Source: Lentisphaeria bacterium (GTDB taxonomy: Bacteria > Verrucomicrobiota > Lentisphaeria > JABSQK01 > JAWLHB01). Taken from it: DNA of 64,000 nt. A program made the translations under genes and the position numbers. The notes under the pieces are model-generated. The model saw nothing but the letters and a program-made list of their open reading frames with translations. It did no database searches and was not told where the DNA came from. Shown in pieces: positions 62,259-64,000 of this stretch. The DNA is taken from contig JAWLHB010000005.1 in the NCBI GenBank assembly GCA_041690595.1, positions 186,001 through 250,000 of the forward strand. Direction: 5' to 3'. Position 1 is the first letter of the stretch, and each line of letters opens with the position of its first letter.

Positions 62259-62358
62259 NNNNNNNNNNNNNNNNNNNNNNNNNNNNNNNNNNNNNNNNNN
62301 NNNNNNNNNNNNNNNNNNNNNNNNNNNNNNNNNNNNNNNNNNNNNNNNNNNNNNNNNN
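62259..62358. other. Assembly gap (100 N)
   Basis: Run of N; the 99 bp on each side (62160-62258 and 62359-62457) are identical. Confidence 0.99.
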
Positions 62359-62447
62359 AAGGAGGCCGGGCTCAAATCTACCACAAAGAGCGCAAAGATC
62401 GCAGAGAAGGAGAAAGTGGTGGTTGCAGGTTTGGACCGAGGAATGGA

Positions 62448-62677
62448 CCGAGGTTTTTGGGTGGTGGCGGAGCGAGGGAGGCTGCTCGGGAGAGTGGCGT
62501 GCCCAGGAGGGGGTGGCGAACCGAGGTTTCGACCGAGGTTTTGGGGTGGTGGCAATGCGAAGGAGGCCACTCGGGAGAGTGGCGTGCCCAGGAGGGGGTG
62601 GCAAGCCGAGGTTTCGACCGATGTTTTGGGGTGGTGGCAATGCGAAGGAGGCCACTCGGGAGAGTGGCGTGCCCGGG
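62448..62677 (+). repeat. 85-bp tandem repeat (about 2.7 copies) carrying the same REP-like hairpin
   Basis: GCCACTC-GGGA-GAGTGGC-GTGCCCRGG at 62481 (degenerate), 62566 and 62651. Confidence 0.88.
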
Positions 62678-62704
62678 ATGGGTAAAAATGGGGCGGTGTG
62701 GCTC

Positions 62705-62732
62705 TTGCAAATGGTTTAGTTCACCCTATACT
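62705..62732 (+). promoter_or_regulatory. Sigma-70-type promoter of the GntR regulator
   Basis: TTGCAA-N16-TATACT; AAGGAGG RBS before ATG 62753. Confidence 0.6.
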
Positions 62733-62752
62733 GTACTAAAGGAGGAGATCCG

Positions 62753-63877
62753 ATGGAGTTGTTGTCGATGCCACAGGATATCCGGTTGAAGGCCGATCAT
62801 ATCTCGAACGAGATTCGGGAAAGGATTGTCTCTGGCGGCTATGTCCCGGGGGAGCGTCTACCGACGCGGGATGCGCTGACGGAGCGTTACGGGGTGAGTA
62901 AGGTCACGGTGCAGCGGGCCCTGGAGGCGCTGGCCAATGAGGGTTTTGTTGTGGCGGATGGGCGGCGGGGGACGTTCGTGGCTGAGGGATGTCCGCACCT
63001 GACGCGATACAAGCTGCTCTTTCCGTTCAGCCAGATGTCGCAGCCGAATCAGTTCTGGCTGGCCATGGAGCGGGAGGCGGAGGCGCTGGGGAGTGAGCAT
63101 CTGGTGGAATGTTTTTTTGGTTTCGAGGGGCATCGCGGTTATCTGCGCTATGAATCGCTGATCGCGGATGTGGAGGCGAATCGCGTGGCAGGACTGATCT
63201 TCGCGGCGAATCCCTTTCATGTGGAAGGTTCGCCGCTGCTGACGCGACCGGGGATTCCGCGGGTGGCGGTGATGACGAAGTCGGTGCATCCGGGAATACC
63301 GGCGATCTGCCACGATACGCGGGCCTTCATTCACCTGTGCATGAAAGAGCTGGCGAGTCGCGGCTGTCGTCGACCGGCGGTGATCACGCCGCGCTGGCAT
63401 GACCATTTCGAGAGTATTCTGGATGAGGCGCTTGAGGAGTATGGGATGGAGACGCCGGATACCTGGGTACAGATCGCGACACTTGGAGAACCACAGTCGG
63501 CGGATCGGCTGGTGCGGCTACTTTTTGAGCCGTCGCGCGCGCATCGTCCGGACAGCCTCTTCGTGAGCGACGACAATCTGGTGGAGCATGCCACGCGGGG
63601 CTTGCGGAAACTGGGGCTGCGGGCGCCGGAGGATGTGACCATTGTAGCCGGCTGCAATTTTCCCTGGCCAACGCCGAGCTGCCTGCCGGTCACGCGGATT
63701 GGTTATTCGACGACGGAGCTGCTGCGCAAATGCGTGCAGGTAATCGATTGTCAACGGCGCGGCGAGGCAGTCGCTGACCGGATCGTCCTGCAGCCGATAC
63801 ACGAACGGGAGGTGCCGAAGATGCATGCACCTCAATGGATAAAAAGTCCGAGCATGAAGGAAACGAGTCACGCATGA
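62753..63877 (+). CDS. GntR-HTH / LacI-type ligand-binding transcriptional regulator
   Basis: PGERLPTRDALTERYGVSKVTVQRAL...RRGTFV; C-terminal RPDSLFVSDD...GLRAPEDVTIV. Confidence 0.9.
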   Translation: MELLSMPQDIRLKADHISNEIRERIVSGGYVPGERLPTRDALTERYGVSKVTVQRALEALANEGFVVADGRRGTFVAEGCPHLTRYKLLFPFSQMSQPNQFWLAMEREAEALGSEHLVECFFGFEGHRGYLRYESLIADVEANRVAGLIFAANPFHVEGSPLLTRPGIPRVAVMTKSVHPGIPAICHDTRAFIHLCMKELASRGCRRPAVITPRWHDHFESILDEALEEYGMETPDTWVQIATLGEPQSADRLVRLLFEPSRAHRPDSLFVSDDNLVEHATRGLRKLGLRAPEDVTIVAGCNFPWPTPSCLPVTRIGYSTTELLRKCVQVIDCQRRGEAVADRIVLQPIHEREVPKMHAPQWIKSPSMKETSHA

Positions 63878-64000
63878 AGCACCTGCGCCATCTGTTGCTT
63901 GCCGCCGTCTGTATATTGCAGGTCGTCGCCGACGATCGCACCATGTCGTTCAATACGGAGGTGGCGGTGTTGCCGGCGCCCGGTGTCATGACCATCGACG
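63874..64000 (+). CDS. Secreted protein, 5' fragment (runs off window)
   Basis: ATGA overlap with the regulator stop; MKHLRHLLLAAVCILQVVA-DDRTMSFNTEVAVLPAPGVMTID. Confidence 0.65.
   Translation, partial: MKHLRHLLLAAVCILQVVADDRTMSFNTEVAVLPAPGVMTID

Noticed and set aside
62160..62457. 99-bp perfect direct repeat flanking the N run
   Set aside because: Exact duplication on both sides of a 100-N gap is typical of scaffolding across an unresolved repeat; not counted as biological
60179..62677. Possible CRISPR arrays
   Set aside because: The units are near-identical along their whole length with no unique spacers, and there are no cas genes in the window
61992..62789. ORFs spanning the gap in several frames
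   Set aside because: They are translations of repeats and Ns with no protein-like features

Overview
GC-rich bacterial genomic window, probably from an assembly (100-N scaffold gap at 62259-62358). The prepilin-type FTLIELL/H-X9-DG proteins, GntR-LacI hybrid regulators and sulfatase point to a PVC bacterium, most likely Lentisphaerota (inference). About 47 CDSs. Housekeeping: rpoN, dnaA, cysK, lolC/E-lolD, thiI, ftsH, osmC, waaG-waaP. Transport: a Liv-type ABC operon with a porin, and an MFS-HEAT fusion. An 18.5-kb minus-strand carbohydrate-type run holds GH38, a GH67/GH20-like protein, an oxidoreductase, GntR, a prepilin-type protein and two giant secreted proteins. Best leads: (1) a RelE-like + SF1 helicase + TPR protein resembling eukaryotic TRANK1, next to a decayed DUF1016 gene; (2) three paralogous ~1160-aa secreted proteins with an apparently metal-less PHP-like domain, two of them in a regulator/prepilin cassette; (3) a NYN-zinc ribbon-cold shock fusion; (4) a repeat-rich 56.8-62.7 kb zone with several unrelated 9-bp-period repeats and REP-like hairpins. 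No tRNA, rRNA, CRISPR array or transposase was recognised. All family calls come from motif recognition by eye, not database searches.
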